The notes under the pieces were generated by a model. The model saw only the letters and a program-made list of their open reading frames with translations, was not told where the DNA came from and did no database searches. This document shows, piece by piece, positions 19,544-28,889 of a DNA stretch of 64,000 nt. This DNA is from Fidelibacterota bacterium (GTDB taxonomy: Bacteria; Fidelibacterota; JAANXI01), in assembly GCA_021734025.1 (NCBI GenBank), contig JAIPJS010000017.1, positions 6,165 to 70,164 of the forward strand, read 5' to 3'. The stretch's first letter is position 1, and the number at the start of each line of letters is the position of its first letter. The translations under genes and the position numbers were made by a program.

Positions 19544-20206
19544 GTGGCAGGATCAAAAAAAATAGGACGACGCAAGCAACCGGACGAACGGAAAAAGGAA
19601 ATTATCGATGCGGCAAGAGATCTGTTCGCATCCCAGGGATACGACAACACTACCATGCAGCAGGTCGTGGAGAAGGCGGGCACGTCCATCGGGAATTGCT
19701 ACTTTTACTTTTCCAATAAAAAGGAATTGTACCAGGGAGTCGTAGAGTCCGTTAACGAAGAGATCTCCGGAGTTGTCGACACTGCAATTCGAGAAATGAA
19801 TTCACCGTATGAGAAACTCGCTGCTGCCGTGTACTACGGGGCGAGGACCGTGCTGGAACTTTCGGAATCGGCCGGTGCCATCCTTACTGGAACGGATCAC
19901 CCGGAGATTCGCCGAAATATTCTGAACCATTACACCCGTCGAATCTATCGGTTCCTCAAACGGAATCCTGTTATCACCGGAGACATAAATCTGGAGTTGG
20001 CCTCAGCCGCATGGCAGGGTGCGATATTCAACTTGATTGAACGACAGACGGCCGGGCAGTTCGACGGCGATGCGCAAACGGTCGCCCGATTCCTGGTGCG
20101 GTGGAACCTCCGCGCCCTCAACGCCCCGGATGCCGAAATCAACAGCGCGCTGGAGACGGTTGAGAGGCATTACCGGGAGGAATACGGGAGCGGGGATGAG
20201 GTATAG
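19544..20206 (+). CDS. TetR/AcrR family transcriptional regulator
   Basis: N-terminal TetR HTH (..KEIIDAARDLFASQGYDNTTMQQVVEKAGTSIGNCYFYFSNKKELY..); GTG start. Confidence 0.9.
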   Translation: MAGSKKIGRRKQPDERKKEIIDAARDLFASQGYDNTTMQQVVEKAGTSIGNCYFYFSNKKELYQGVVESVNEEISGVVDTAIREMNSPYEKLAAAVYYGARTVLELSESAGAILTGTDHPEIRRNILNHYTRRIYRFLKRNPVITGDINLELASAAWQGAIFNLIERQTAGQFDGDAQTVARFLVRWNLRALNAPDAEINSALETVERHYREEYGSGDEV

Positions 20207-20244
20207 GGTATAGGGAAAAAGGGAGAAAGGAAAAAGGAGAAGGG
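20206..20244 (+). repeat. G-tract module (GGGTATAGGGTATAGGG..) immediately after stop codon; four GGG tracts
   Basis: GGG at 20206, 20213, 20221, 20242; begins within the TetR stop codon; start of a purine-rich spacer. Confidence 0.6.
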
Positions 20245-20482
20245 AGAACGAAAAAAGGAAAAAAGCCGCGAAGGGGCGACAGATGAATAGCCCCGGGTTT
20301 TAACCCGGGGATTGTGTGAATCCCAAAATTCAAAACACTGAAGATGTGAAAGAAATACCTTATTGAAGAATGAAGAATGAAAATTAAAGAAGTGGAAAAA
20401 CTAAAGGAAACTGGAATTATGAGACAGGAAACCGAAAACCAGCAATCCAGAACTGGGGACACAGCATGCTTGACCGTTTTAA

Positions 20483-20550
20483 CGATAACACCATAACACA
20501 ATTACACAGTTTTAACTTAAACACTTGAACACCTGAACACACTAACACTG
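20483..20550 (+). repeat. tandem octamer NNRAACAC module upstream of start codon
   Basis: GATAACAC CATAACAC .. TTAAACAC TTGAACAC CTGAACAC ACTAACAC, ending 17 nt before the ATG at 20568. Confidence 0.6.
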
Positions 20551-20567
20551 TACAAAGGAGAATACAC

Positions 20568-21008
20568 ATGCAAGAACTCTACACCGAAATAGAGATCAAC
20601 GCCACCCCGGAGGAGGTTTGGGACATCCTGATGGATTTTTCGAACTATCCGGAATGGAATCCGTTTGTCACCAGCATCAACGGGGAGCAGGCCGTTGGCG
20701 GGAAGCTGACGGTAGAACTAACTCAGCCGGATAGCAAGCCGATGACCATGAAGCCGACTGTCAGGAATATTGAGCAAAACAGAGAGTTCCGCTGGCTGGG
20801 ACATCTCGGCATCCCGCGGATCTTCGACGGGGAGCACATCTTTGAACTCGAGCAACTCGATGAAAACAGGGTACGCTTTGTCCAGCGGGAAAAATTTAGG
20901 GGAATTCTTGTCCCGTTCCTGAAGAAGATGCTTGAGACGAGAACGAACGAAGGGTTTCAACTGATGAATCAAGCGCTGAAAAAACGAGCGGAAGCTGGGA
21001 CTGCCTGA
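20568..21008 (+). CDS. SRPBCC (START/Bet v1-like, polyketide cyclase-like) domain protein
   Basis: 146 aa; N-terminal ..ATPEEVWDILMDFSNYPEWNPFV.. typical of SRPBCC ligand-binding fold. Confidence 0.75.
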   Translation: MQELYTEIEINATPEEVWDILMDFSNYPEWNPFVTSINGEQAVGGKLTVELTQPDSKPMTMKPTVRNIEQNREFRWLGHLGIPRIFDGEHIFELEQLDENRVRFVQREKFRGILVPFLKKMLETRTNEGFQLMNQALKKRAEAGTA

Positions 21009-21635
21009 ATGACATAAGCCGGTGGGAATCTTGAAACGTGCAAAATAAAAAGCGTCGACTTGAATTTTTTTCCACTTTTAACGTCAAGGTTTTGATGTCC
21101 AAGTGTTCCATGCAGGCCCGGACATGCGTTTCAAGATAAAAGTGGAATTAATTGATATAGTTCCAAAACTCCAACATCACTCTTGTTTTTAAAACTATTG
21201 CTATCTTTTAATTGCCCGCTTTTTCTTGATAAAAAACGGGCAGAAAAAATCAAGGAAACTCAGAACTCGCACTCCTATAAATATACAGGCTCTTTTGCAA
21301 CATTGGATATAGTAAATATTAACTCATTCAATTTCTACTGGGGTGCTCAAACAGCTGAGTTTCCGGTAAAAAAACTAGCAATAATTTGCTGTGCAATTTA
21401 TTTTTCGCTCTTTTAATGCCCGAGTATTCCATATACGCATCAAGACAAAAGGGCGGTTACCTGCCGTGTCAACGTTGAAAACACAATCAATACGTTGTTC
21501 ACCCTACATCCAGAAGAAATCTTCGTCTGTAAAGATGGTGGCTATCTATTTGGGCGAATTTTAATAATCCCGACGTCACCCCCTCGGAAAGCTCAGCTCC
21601 GGGAAAAGCCTCCGGTGAGGATATTGCCTAAAACA

Positions 21636-21674
21636 GTCATTCCGAGCGGAACGGAGTGGAGCCGAGGAATCTCG
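21636..21674 (+). repeat. mosaic intergenic repeat R1 (GTCATTCCGAGCG..GGAATCTCG), copy A
   Basis: Near-identical to 34989-35027; related copy at 31264-31312. Confidence 0.6.
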
Positions 21675-21759
21675 CAAATGAATTTCAGGGGTAAAATTGA
21701 TGCGCCCTTTCCTCATCGCAATAATATGTTCGTCGCGGCGAATTGCGAGGCTCTTCTTT

Positions 21760-21788
21760 GGTAGCCTTTGAATTTCATTCAAAGGCGG
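21760..21788 (+). repeat. palindromic repeat R5 (GGTAGCCTTTGAATTTCATTCAAAGGCGGA)
   Basis: Perfect hairpin CCTTTGAAT-TTC-ATTCAAAGG; second copy with 2 mismatches at 39517-39546. Confidence 0.55.
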
Positions 21789-21999
21789 ATTTTACCGGAT
21801 AAAGCCGGAAAATTTGGTTGGCGACTGTGAATTAGAATGACCCTTTCAGGGTCTCGACCCCTGAAAGGGTCGGTAGCAAATAAGGAAACTCAATGCCATT
21901 CAGTCTTTGCGGCCCAGGTGATCCGTTTGTTAAGAGGGAGAACTCGAGAAATCTAGTCTGAACACATCGGGAATGAAGTGAAAAACTAAAAAACAAGAA

Positions 22000-22221
22000 G
22001 TAGAGACGTAGCATTCAGGTTGTGTGAAAACGAAAAATCAAATAAAAAGTGAATGCTGGGCACCGGTTTGTTCTTCCAGTAGAGACGTTCCATGGAACGT
22101 CTCTACAATCAACAATATCAATGGGTTACTGTATATTATTTTGCAGAGAGGATTTTCCGGAATCAAGAGAAAAAAATCTCTTGACAAAAAATTCTCACAC
22201 AGCCTCCGTGGTACGTCTCTA
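22000..22221 (+). repeat. MITE-like structured element, copy A (about 220 bp with long terminal inverted repeats and internal hairpins)
   Basis: Ends TAGAGACGTAGCATTCAGGTTGTGTGAAAA / TTCTCACACAGCCTCCGTGGTACGTCTCTA are inverted repeats; internal perfect hairpin 22079-22106; homologous to 34393-34627. Confidence 0.55.
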
Positions 22222-22237
22222 GTCTACCATTAACTTT

Positions 22238-23119
22238 TCAGTCCTCCCGACACGTCTCCGCCACATCCTCAAATGTAAACAGCCGGGAGTGAATCGCCGG
22301 ATGATCGACGCCAAGCCGGTCGAAGCCATCGCCGCCAACGTACAGCCGGATATCATATTTCTGGCATTGCTCATAGAGATAGTTAATCTCAAACTGGATC
22401 ATATTGATATCCTGGATATATGTGCTGGAAACGTAGAGCCGGTCAATATTAACCTCGCTGAAGATCTTTTCGATGTTGAAGAGCGGGGTAATCTGTCCGC
22501 TGAACAGTACCCGATATCCGTGCTCCTCCAGAATATGATCCACCATCTTGATGGCAATGTCATGCAGCTCCGATGAGAAATTAAGGCAAAAAGCTGTTCC
22601 CTTTTTCTGCGGGGGAATCTTGATCGATCCCTGGAGCCGGATAATACTGTCCCGGATGGTCTGCGACGCAAAGTGCTCCCCGATGACGGATAATTGATCA
22701 TTCTCCCAGAGATGGCCGATCTCGTGCAGTGCTGGCGTGAGAACTTTGTCATAAATCCGGTGCAGCGGATGCTGTCCCAGGTAGAGGCCGTTCAGGATTT
22801 TCTGAATTTTTTCGCGGTTTTTGTCCAGGGCGAGGTCAAGTATTTGCCCAGACAAGTATTCATAGTCGCCTTTAATAATGTGGTAGCTCGTCTCCAGATC
22901 CGATTCGGTTTCGATGGGGAAAAGGTTGGCTTTCTGGATTTTTTCCTCATTGCGCTCAAGAAAGTCCGCCAGATGCTCCGGCAGGAATTTCCGGTGCCCC
23001 CCGGCTGTCCGGATGCACTCCAGCTTCCCGTCATCCGTCCACCGTTTGATGCTGGACACATGCACTCCAAGGATATTGCTCACCTCTTCGCTGGTAAAGT
23101 ATTTCATCTCACTCGACAC
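22238..23119 (-). CDS. MerR/excisionase-type HTH regulator with B12-binding-like C-terminal domain (LitR/CarH-like light-responsive regulator)
   Basis: N-terminal HTH (..EEVSNILGVHVSSIKRWTDDGKLECIRTAGGHRKF..); C-terminal Rossmann-like cobalamin-binding-type region with GEH and VGGDGF motifs; divergent from a carotenoid operon. Confidence 0.7.
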   Translation of the reverse strand: MSSEMKYFTSEEVSNILGVHVSSIKRWTDDGKLECIRTAGGHRKFLPEHLADFLERNEEKIQKANLFPIETESDLETSYHIIKGDYEYLSGQILDLALDKNREKIQKILNGLYLGQHPLHRIYDKVLTPALHEIGHLWENDQLSVIGEHFASQTIRDSIIRLQGSIKIPPQKKGTAFCLNFSSELHDIAIKMVDHILEEHGYRVLFSGQITPLFNIEKIFSEVNIDRLYVSSTYIQDINMIQFEINYLYEQCQKYDIRLYVGGDGFDRLGVDHPAIHSRLFTFEDVAETCRED

Positions 23120-23202
23120 AACATTTCTCCTAATTTAATTCTCCGTAAGATACTTTTACGCGAGACCAGAGTCAAATATTTTGAGCGTTATGAACTTTTT
23201 TC

Positions 23203-23231
23203 TTGACGTATAATGATTTTAAATGTATTAT
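23203..23231 (+). promoter_or_regulatory. sigma70-like promoter TTGACG-N17-TATTAT for the carotenoid operon
   Basis: -35 TTGACG 23203-23208, 17-nt spacer, -10 TATTAT 23226-23231; about 55 bp upstream of the 23285 start. Confidence 0.5.
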
Positions 23232-23234
23232 CTA

Positions 23235-23251
23235 AACGCTCAAAACGCTCA
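23235..23251 (+). promoter_or_regulatory. direct repeat AACGCTCA-A-AACGCTCA just downstream of the -10 (candidate operator for the adjacent regulator)
   Basis: Two AACGCTCA copies at 23235-23242 and 23244-23251; inverted copy TGAGCGTT at 23182-23189. Confidence 0.35.
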
Positions 23252-23284
23252 TAAAATTTTTGAAGGAGCGAAAACGGAGAAAGA

Positions 23285-23866
23285 ATGAGAAGACGGATAA
23301 TTAAATCGATAATGGTGGTAATGGCCGGAATAACCTGTCTTGCCGGACTGACTAAAGCACAGGATGTCCCGGAGGATTCCCTGTTGCACCGAGGCCGGAA
23401 TTTGTTCTATACAGCCGTGGAGAGTGAAGTTGCGCTGGATTCCGCTCAAGCGGCGTTTAAACAATTGCTCTCCGAATATTCTCAGGAATACGGAGGCCGT
23501 GCCCAAACCTACATCGGCGCCCTCACCGCACTCCGGGGCAAGCACGCTCTCTGGCCGCAGAAGAAATACAAATATGTCATGGAGGGAATTGACCAGATGG
23601 AGTCCGGCGTCGCTGCCAATCCGAATGATATCGAATCACTCTTTATATACGGTTCAACCTGCTATCACCTGCCGAGTTTCTTCGGCAAAAGCAAAGAGGC
23701 GCAAGAGGCATTCAGGCAGATAGTAGCTCTCCTGCCGGAGCATGCGGATCAATATGACGCGGATATGATGGAAAACGTCATTGAATTCCTGCGAGCCAAC
23801 GCCAATCTGGATTCCAGTGACATGATGACCCTCAGTACAATTGCCAAGGAACTCGGAAACGGATGA
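23285..23866 (+). CDS. hypothetical secreted protein, first gene of the carotenoid operon
   Basis: GGAG RBS; signal peptide (..MVVMAGITCLAGLTKAQD); helical, no recognisable catalytic motif; stop overlaps next start (ATGA). Confidence 0.6.
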   Translation: MRRRIIKSIMVVMAGITCLAGLTKAQDVPEDSLLHRGRNLFYTAVESEVALDSAQAAFKQLLSEYSQEYGGRAQTYIGALTALRGKHALWPQKKYKYVMEGIDQMESGVAANPNDIESLFIYGSTCYHLPSFFGKSKEAQEAFRQIVALLPEHADQYDADMMENVIEFLRANANLDSSDMMTLSTIAKELGNG

Positions 23867-24561
23867 TCTACGAATATCTCATATTTAACGCGATTGTGGC
23901 AGCCGGCCCGGTGGCGCTCAGTTTTGAGCGAACGGTGCGGTACGTGACGAAGTGGCGGGCTGCCATCATCGCTTCTGTAACAGCGGCGCTCCCGTTCCTT
24001 CTCTGGGATCTGCTGGTCGCCGGCAAGCACTGGCAGTTCAGCGAGGATCACACCCTGGCATCTCTGGGATTCCTGCTGCCGCCGGGGGAGATACTGTTTT
24101 TCCTCACCGTCCCGTTCGCCTGTCTCTTCATCTGGGAAGTACTCCGGAAAAGGGAATGGGCCTTGCTGAAAAGGACTTCCTTAATTTACCCGATATTTTA
24201 TGCAATCGGTGCGGCTGGAATACTCTTTCTCATTGTCACTTCCAGAGATTACACGGCGCTCGTGCTGATAACCATCGGTGTTGTGGCGCTGGCGGACCGA
24301 TTCTCTGGTGCACAATTGTTAACACAAAAGGTGACTTACACGTTTTTAGCCATCGTTACGGGACTCATTTTAGTGTTTAACGGATACCTCACCGCCCGGC
24401 CGGTGGTGCTGTACAATCCGGACGTCCTCTCAGGACTTAAAATTTTCACTATTCCGGTGGAGGATTTCCTCTACGGCTACGGCCTTATTTTGTTGGTAAC
24501 GGTTATATACACAAGAACAACCCACACGAACACTACACCCAATCACGGAGAAAACCAATGA
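23863..24561 (+). CDS. lycopene cyclase domain protein (fused CrtYcd-type)
   Basis: Membrane protein with two copies of the PxE(E/D) lycopene-cyclase motif (LPPGEILFFL and IPVEDFLYGYG). Confidence 0.7.
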   Translation: MIYEYLIFNAIVAAGPVALSFERTVRYVTKWRAAIIASVTAALPFLLWDLLVAGKHWQFSEDHTLASLGFLLPPGEILFFLTVPFACLFIWEVLRKREWALLKRTSLIYPIFYAIGAAGILFLIVTSRDYTALVLITIGVVALADRFSGAQLLTQKVTYTFLAIVTGLILVFNGYLTARPVVLYNPDVLSGLKIFTIPVEDFLYGYGLILLVTVIYTRTTHTNTTPNHGENQ

Positions 24562-26057
24562 AACGAGCAGTCATAATCGGAGCGGGCTTTGGCGGACTGG
24601 CAACGGCTATCCGTTTGCAGTCGCGGGGCTACCGCACTACGCTTCTGGAAAAGAATGCAAAAGTCGGGGGACACGCCTACCAGCTGAAGCGGGACGGCTA
24701 CACCTTCGACATGGGACCGTCGTTGATCACCGCACCGGATATTATCCAGGGTGTATTCAGTTCCGCCGGGAAACGGATGGAGGACTATCTGGATCTGACC
24801 AAACTGGATCCGTTCTACCGGATCTATTATCACGACGGAACTTATCTGGATTACACGGACGATTCCGACGATATGAAGCGTCAGATGGCGCAATTCAATC
24901 CCGGGGATGCAGAAAACTACGACGAATTCATCAACGAATCCCGGGAACTCTACAACGCCGTGATCACCGACGGGCTCGGTTCGACGCCGTTCCAGGACTG
25001 GGGCACCATGCTGGAATTTTTACCGCGAGCATTGAAGCTGAAGGCCCTCCTGCCGGCTCACACGTTCGTCAAACGTCATTTTAAAGATCCGCGGCACCGG
25101 TTTGCGTTTTCGTTTCATCCGTTGTTTATCGGCGGGAGTCCGTTTCGGGCTCCTTCAGTCTACTTGATGATCCCGTACCTGGAGAAAACCGGCGGCGTCT
25201 GGTTCAGCAAGGGGGGCATGTACAGCCTGGTGGAAGCGTTCGCCAAAGTATTCACCGAATCCGGCGGCACCATTCACACCAATTCGCCTGCCACAGAGAT
25301 CGTAGTGGAGGACGGAAAGGCTGTAGGAGTCCGGACGGACGATAACTTCTACCACGCTGACGTAGTGGTCTCAAACGCTGACTTTGCGCATACCTATCGC
25401 AACTTGGTAAAGCCGGAGCACCGATCGAAATGGTCGGATCGCAAGGTGGAAAAAATGGACTATTCCATGAGCGCCTTTCTCCTGTATCTGGGTGTGAAAA
25501 AGCAGTATCCCAAACTGAAGCACCACACTCTGATACTCTCGGAACGTTACAAAGAACTTGTGAAGGACATTTTTGACAGGAAGATTCTGCCGGACGATTT
25601 CTCCATGTACCTGCACGTGCCGACCCGCACCGATTCTGAGATGGCGCCGGAAGGAGCCGAAAGTATGTACGTGCTGATTCCGGTAGCCAATCTCGATAGC
25701 GGCATTGATTGGGAAGAGATGAAGCAGACGTACGCCGATAAAATCCTCCAATTCCTGGAGGAAGATTTCGGCTTGGAGGACCTGCGCACCAACATCGAGG
25801 TGCAGGAAATTTTTACTCCCAAGGATTTTCAGGAGCAACGAAATTCCCATCTCGGCAGCGCCTGGGGCGTGGAGCCGAAGCTCACCCAGACGGCGATTTT
25901 CCGCCCCCATAACCGCAGCGATGATATCGGCGGACTTTACTTTGTTGGCGCCAGCACCCACCCCGGCGCAGGCGTCCCGGGCGTCCTGCTGACGGCGGAG
26001 GCCACGGAGAATGCCATTCTGGAAGATATACGAAAAAATCAACTGAAAACCACGTGA
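24558..26057 (+). CDS. crtI: phytoene desaturase
   Basis: N-terminal FAD dinucleotide-binding motif (AVIIGAGFGGLATA..); overall amine-oxidase fold; adjacent to crtB. Confidence 0.85.
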   Translation: MKRAVIIGAGFGGLATAIRLQSRGYRTTLLEKNAKVGGHAYQLKRDGYTFDMGPSLITAPDIIQGVFSSAGKRMEDYLDLTKLDPFYRIYYHDGTYLDYTDDSDDMKRQMAQFNPGDAENYDEFINESRELYNAVITDGLGSTPFQDWGTMLEFLPRALKLKALLPAHTFVKRHFKDPRHRFAFSFHPLFIGGSPFRAPSVYLMIPYLEKTGGVWFSKGGMYSLVEAFAKVFTESGGTIHTNSPATEIVVEDGKAVGVRTDDNFYHADVVVSNADFAHTYRNLVKPEHRSKWSDRKVEKMDYSMSAFLLYLGVKKQYPKLKHHTLILSERYKELVKDIFDRKILPDDFSMYLHVPTRTDSEMAPEGAESMYVLIPVANLDSGIDWEEMKQTYADKILQFLEEDFGLEDLRTNIEVQEIFTPKDFQEQRNSHLGSAWGVEPKLTQTAIFRPHNRSDDIGGLYFVGASTHPGAGVPGVLLTAEATENAILEDIRKNQLKTT

Positions 26058-26064
26058 GGCCATC

Positions 26065-26979
26065 ATGAAAAAGTACTGGAAATCCGGGGAAAACAGGGTC
26101 GCCTTCGAGCACGCCAGAGATCTGACGGCGCATCACTCCAAGTCGTTTTATCTCTCCACCCGGCTGCTCCCGGAGGAAAAGCAGTGGGCCACGTTCGGCC
26201 TGTACGGTTTTTGTCGCTATGCCGATAATCTCATCGATAATCCCAGGGATCGGTCGGCAGACGAGCTAATCCGAGAAGTGGACTACCTGCACGAGGAACT
26301 CAGCATCGCGTATCGAACCGGCGAATCCGAGCATCCGATACTCCGCCCGTTTATCGCCGTGGCCAAGCGGTACGGGATTCCGGAGAAATATCCCAGAGAT
26401 TTGCTCCTGGGCGTCCGGATGGATCTGGAAATCGATCGCTATAAAACGTTCGACGAACTCTACCTGTTTGCCTATCGCGTTGCCGGTGTGGTGGGATTGA
26501 TGATGACTTCCGTGTTGGGCTACAAGGACGAGGCGGCATTTGAGTACGCAGAGAAATTGGGCATTGCCATGCAGCTGACCAATATCCTCCGGGACGTCCG
26601 CGAGGACGCCGAACGTGGCCGTATCTATCTGCCACAGGATGAACTGAAGCAGTTCGGCGTTTCCGGGCAAGCTATCCTCCGGGGAGAAATGTCGCCTGAA
26701 TTTCGGGAATTGATGCAGTTTCAGGTGGATCGGGCGCACCGGTATTACCGCGAGGCCAATCCCGGCATCAACATGCTGGCGACCAACGCCCAGTTTGCCA
26801 TCCATTCGGCAAGCAAAATCTATCGGGGAATTCTCCGGAAAATTGAAGCTCAGAATTACGATCCCTTCCAGGGACGGGTATTCGTCCCGCAGATCCAGAA
26901 GTTCGGCATCCTGATCCAGGAAGTGGTGCGAACCAAAGTCCTGGTGGCCCAGGAACGGCTTCTCCCGGCAGGAACCTAA
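26065..26979 (+). CDS. crtB: phytoene synthase
   Basis: Squalene/phytoene synthase family segments (..YCRYADNLIDN.., ..YAYRVAGVVGLMMT..). Confidence 0.85.
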   Translation: MKKYWKSGENRVAFEHARDLTAHHSKSFYLSTRLLPEEKQWATFGLYGFCRYADNLIDNPRDRSADELIREVDYLHEELSIAYRTGESEHPILRPFIAVAKRYGIPEKYPRDLLLGVRMDLEIDRYKTFDELYLFAYRVAGVVGLMMTSVLGYKDEAAFEYAEKLGIAMQLTNILRDVREDAERGRIYLPQDELKQFGVSGQAILRGEMSPEFRELMQFQVDRAHRYYREANPGINMLATNAQFAIHSASKIYRGILRKIEAQNYDPFQGRVFVPQIQKFGILIQEVVRTKVLVAQERLLPAGT

Positions 26980-26997
26980 GGATTTGGGAGACAAGAA

Positions 26998-27729
26998 ATG
27001 ATAAAGGCAGAGAAAACATGGTGGGCGGATCAGCTGTTCCGGAGGTACGTGTTCCGGTCGCTGCGAAAGCACTTCGCCGGGATATCTCTGGTAGGAGAAG
27101 TCCCAGTAATTGATCCGAAACTCCCGGTGATCCTGGCGCCGAATCACAGCACGTGGTGGGACGGATTTTTCGTCTATGCACTCAATGAGAAATTACTGAA
27201 CCGGGATCTCTACCTGATGATGACCGAAGAGCAGCTCTCCCGGTTTCCCTTTTTCCGGAAGGTCGGCGCCTATTCGATTAATCTGAAGTCCACCCGGGAT
27301 GCTCTCAATTCGCTACGGTACACTACCGAATTACTTGCGCGTGATGAAGTTCCAGGCCCGATGGCCTGCATCTTTCCCCAGGGAAAATTAGAGCCGTGGC
27401 ATCGGAGACCGCTGGAGTACAAGCCTGGATTGCAATGGATTATCAATCATTGTGTGGGTGCAGTCAGCCTGCTTCCGCTCGCTATATATGTGACATTCAT
27501 CGATCAGCAGTATCCGGAAGTGTTTATCCTCTTCGGGGAGACGTGTGAAGTCAGTTCCAGTTCCTTCCAGGGAGTGGACTGGCTTGCAGGTGAGGAGGAA
27601 AGCCTTTTGGACAGGCTGCTACAAACGGTGGATGCAGGTGAACGGAAGCAGGTGCTTTTTCAGGGAAGGCGGTCGGCAGACCAGCGCTGGAGCGGCATTA
27701 AACATCTCTGGAAAGGCGATATGTCATGA
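26998..27729 (+). CDS. lysophospholipid/glycerol-3-phosphate acyltransferase family protein (candidate carotenoid-glycoside acyltransferase)
   Basis: Acyltransferase motif NHSTWWD (H-x4-D); position between crtB and a glycosyltransferase. Confidence 0.65.
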   Translation: MIKAEKTWWADQLFRRYVFRSLRKHFAGISLVGEVPVIDPKLPVILAPNHSTWWDGFFVYALNEKLLNRDLYLMMTEEQLSRFPFFRKVGAYSINLKSTRDALNSLRYTTELLARDEVPGPMACIFPQGKLEPWHRRPLEYKPGLQWIINHCVGAVSLLPLAIYVTFIDQQYPEVFILFGETCEVSSSSFQGVDWLAGEEESLLDRLLQTVDAGERKQVLFQGRRSADQRWSGIKHLWKGDMS

Positions 27730-28847
27730 CCGTACTTTCAATCTTATTGCTCGTTCCACTGGGACTTTTGTTACTTGTCGCACTGTTCAATGCGGTGTTT
27801 ACACCCAGATTACAGAAGCATTTTCCTGTAAAGGATTCGCCGAAAGTCTCGGTTTTGGTGCCTGTCCGCAATGAAGAGGAAACCTTACCGCGCTGCCTAT
27901 TGACTTTGACTGAGCAGGATTATGGGGACTTCGAAATCCTGGTGCTGGACGATGGTTCCACCGACAAAACGCCGGACATAATCCGGGAATTTGCGGAGGA
28001 ACACGCCCGGGTGCACTATATCCCCGGTGAACCGCTTCCTGAAGAATGGTCGGGGAAGAACTGGGCGTGCCATCAGCTGAGTGCAGCAGCGACCGGAGAT
28101 ATTTTGCTCTTTACGGATGCCGATAACTGGTACCGGGACGATGCGATTTCCAGAACTATCGGATGGATGCAACAGTATGAACTCGGAATGCTTTCGGCGT
28201 TCCCGGAACAGAGCACTCATACCCTCGCCGAGCAGATGATCATCCCGATTATGGATCTGTTGGTTTACGCGGGATTGCCGCTCTGGCTGACATATTATAC
28301 GAAATTTCCATCTCTGGCAGCAGCAAACGGCCAGTGGATGGCCTTCTCCAGAGAAGCCTATAACGCGGTGGCGGGACATGCATCAGTCTGTCGGGAAATT
28401 GCCGAGGATACCGCACTGGCGCGCCGGGTAAAACAGGCCGGAATTCCCATGCTGACAATGGCGGGAACCGGGGTGGTTTTCGGCCGCATGTATAAATCGT
28501 TCAATGCCATCAAAGAAGGATTTACTAAAAACCTGTTCAGCCTGATGAACCGGCGAACCCGGCCGTATTTTATTCTGGTGGCCATCGTGCTTTTTGTCAC
28601 CATTACTCCGTACGTGTTGGTATTCGTCCCCGGATTCAGTATCGTTGGAACGGTCGGTGTCCTGTTACAAGGAGTTATGCGGCTTATTGTGGCGGTCAGG
28701 TTTTGGCATCCGCCGGTGATCAGCGCGGTATTGCACCCGGTGAGTATATCCATCTTTGCCTACATAGCCGTCAACTCGTTTTTTAAAACAAAGAGCAATG
28801 CGGTGGTCTGGAAGGACAGAACAATTGCGCTGTATAATCGTGGGTAA
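27726..28847 (+). CDS. family 2 glycosyltransferase (candidate carotenoid glycosyltransferase)
   Basis: GT2 segments (VSVLVPVRNEE.., LVLDDGSTDKT.., FTDADN); C-terminal TM helices; start overlaps previous stop (ATGA). Confidence 0.75.
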   Translation: MTVLSILLLVPLGLLLLVALFNAVFTPRLQKHFPVKDSPKVSVLVPVRNEEETLPRCLLTLTEQDYGDFEILVLDDGSTDKTPDIIREFAEEHARVHYIPGEPLPEEWSGKNWACHQLSAAATGDILLFTDADNWYRDDAISRTIGWMQQYELGMLSAFPEQSTHTLAEQMIIPIMDLLVYAGLPLWLTYYTKFPSLAAANGQWMAFSREAYNAVAGHASVCREIAEDTALARRVKQAGIPMLTMAGTGVVFGRMYKSFNAIKEGFTKNLFSLMNRRTRPYFILVAIVLFVTITPYVLVFVPGFSIVGTVGVLLQGVMRLIVAVRFWHPPVISAVLHPVSISIFAYIAVNSFFKTKSNAVVWKDRTIALYNRG

Positions 28848-28889
28848 TTTTAATCACAAATCATGAAGATATTGGTAAAAAGGAAAGTG

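Noticed and set aside
22000-22221. Retron msr/msd or group II intron fragment
   Set aside because: No reverse transcriptase ORF adjacent to either copy and no recognisable intron domain V-type motif
23244-23256. Treating the exact 13-mer AACGCTCATAAAA shared with 11525-11537 as proof of co-regulation
   Set aside because: A few exact 13-mer matches are expected by chance in a 64 kb window on two strands; kept only as a weak supporting observation
25371-27147. Minus-strand ORFs of 231 and 293 aa
   Set aside because: Antisense to crtI, crtB and the acyltransferase, which have clear family motifs; no RBS or motif support
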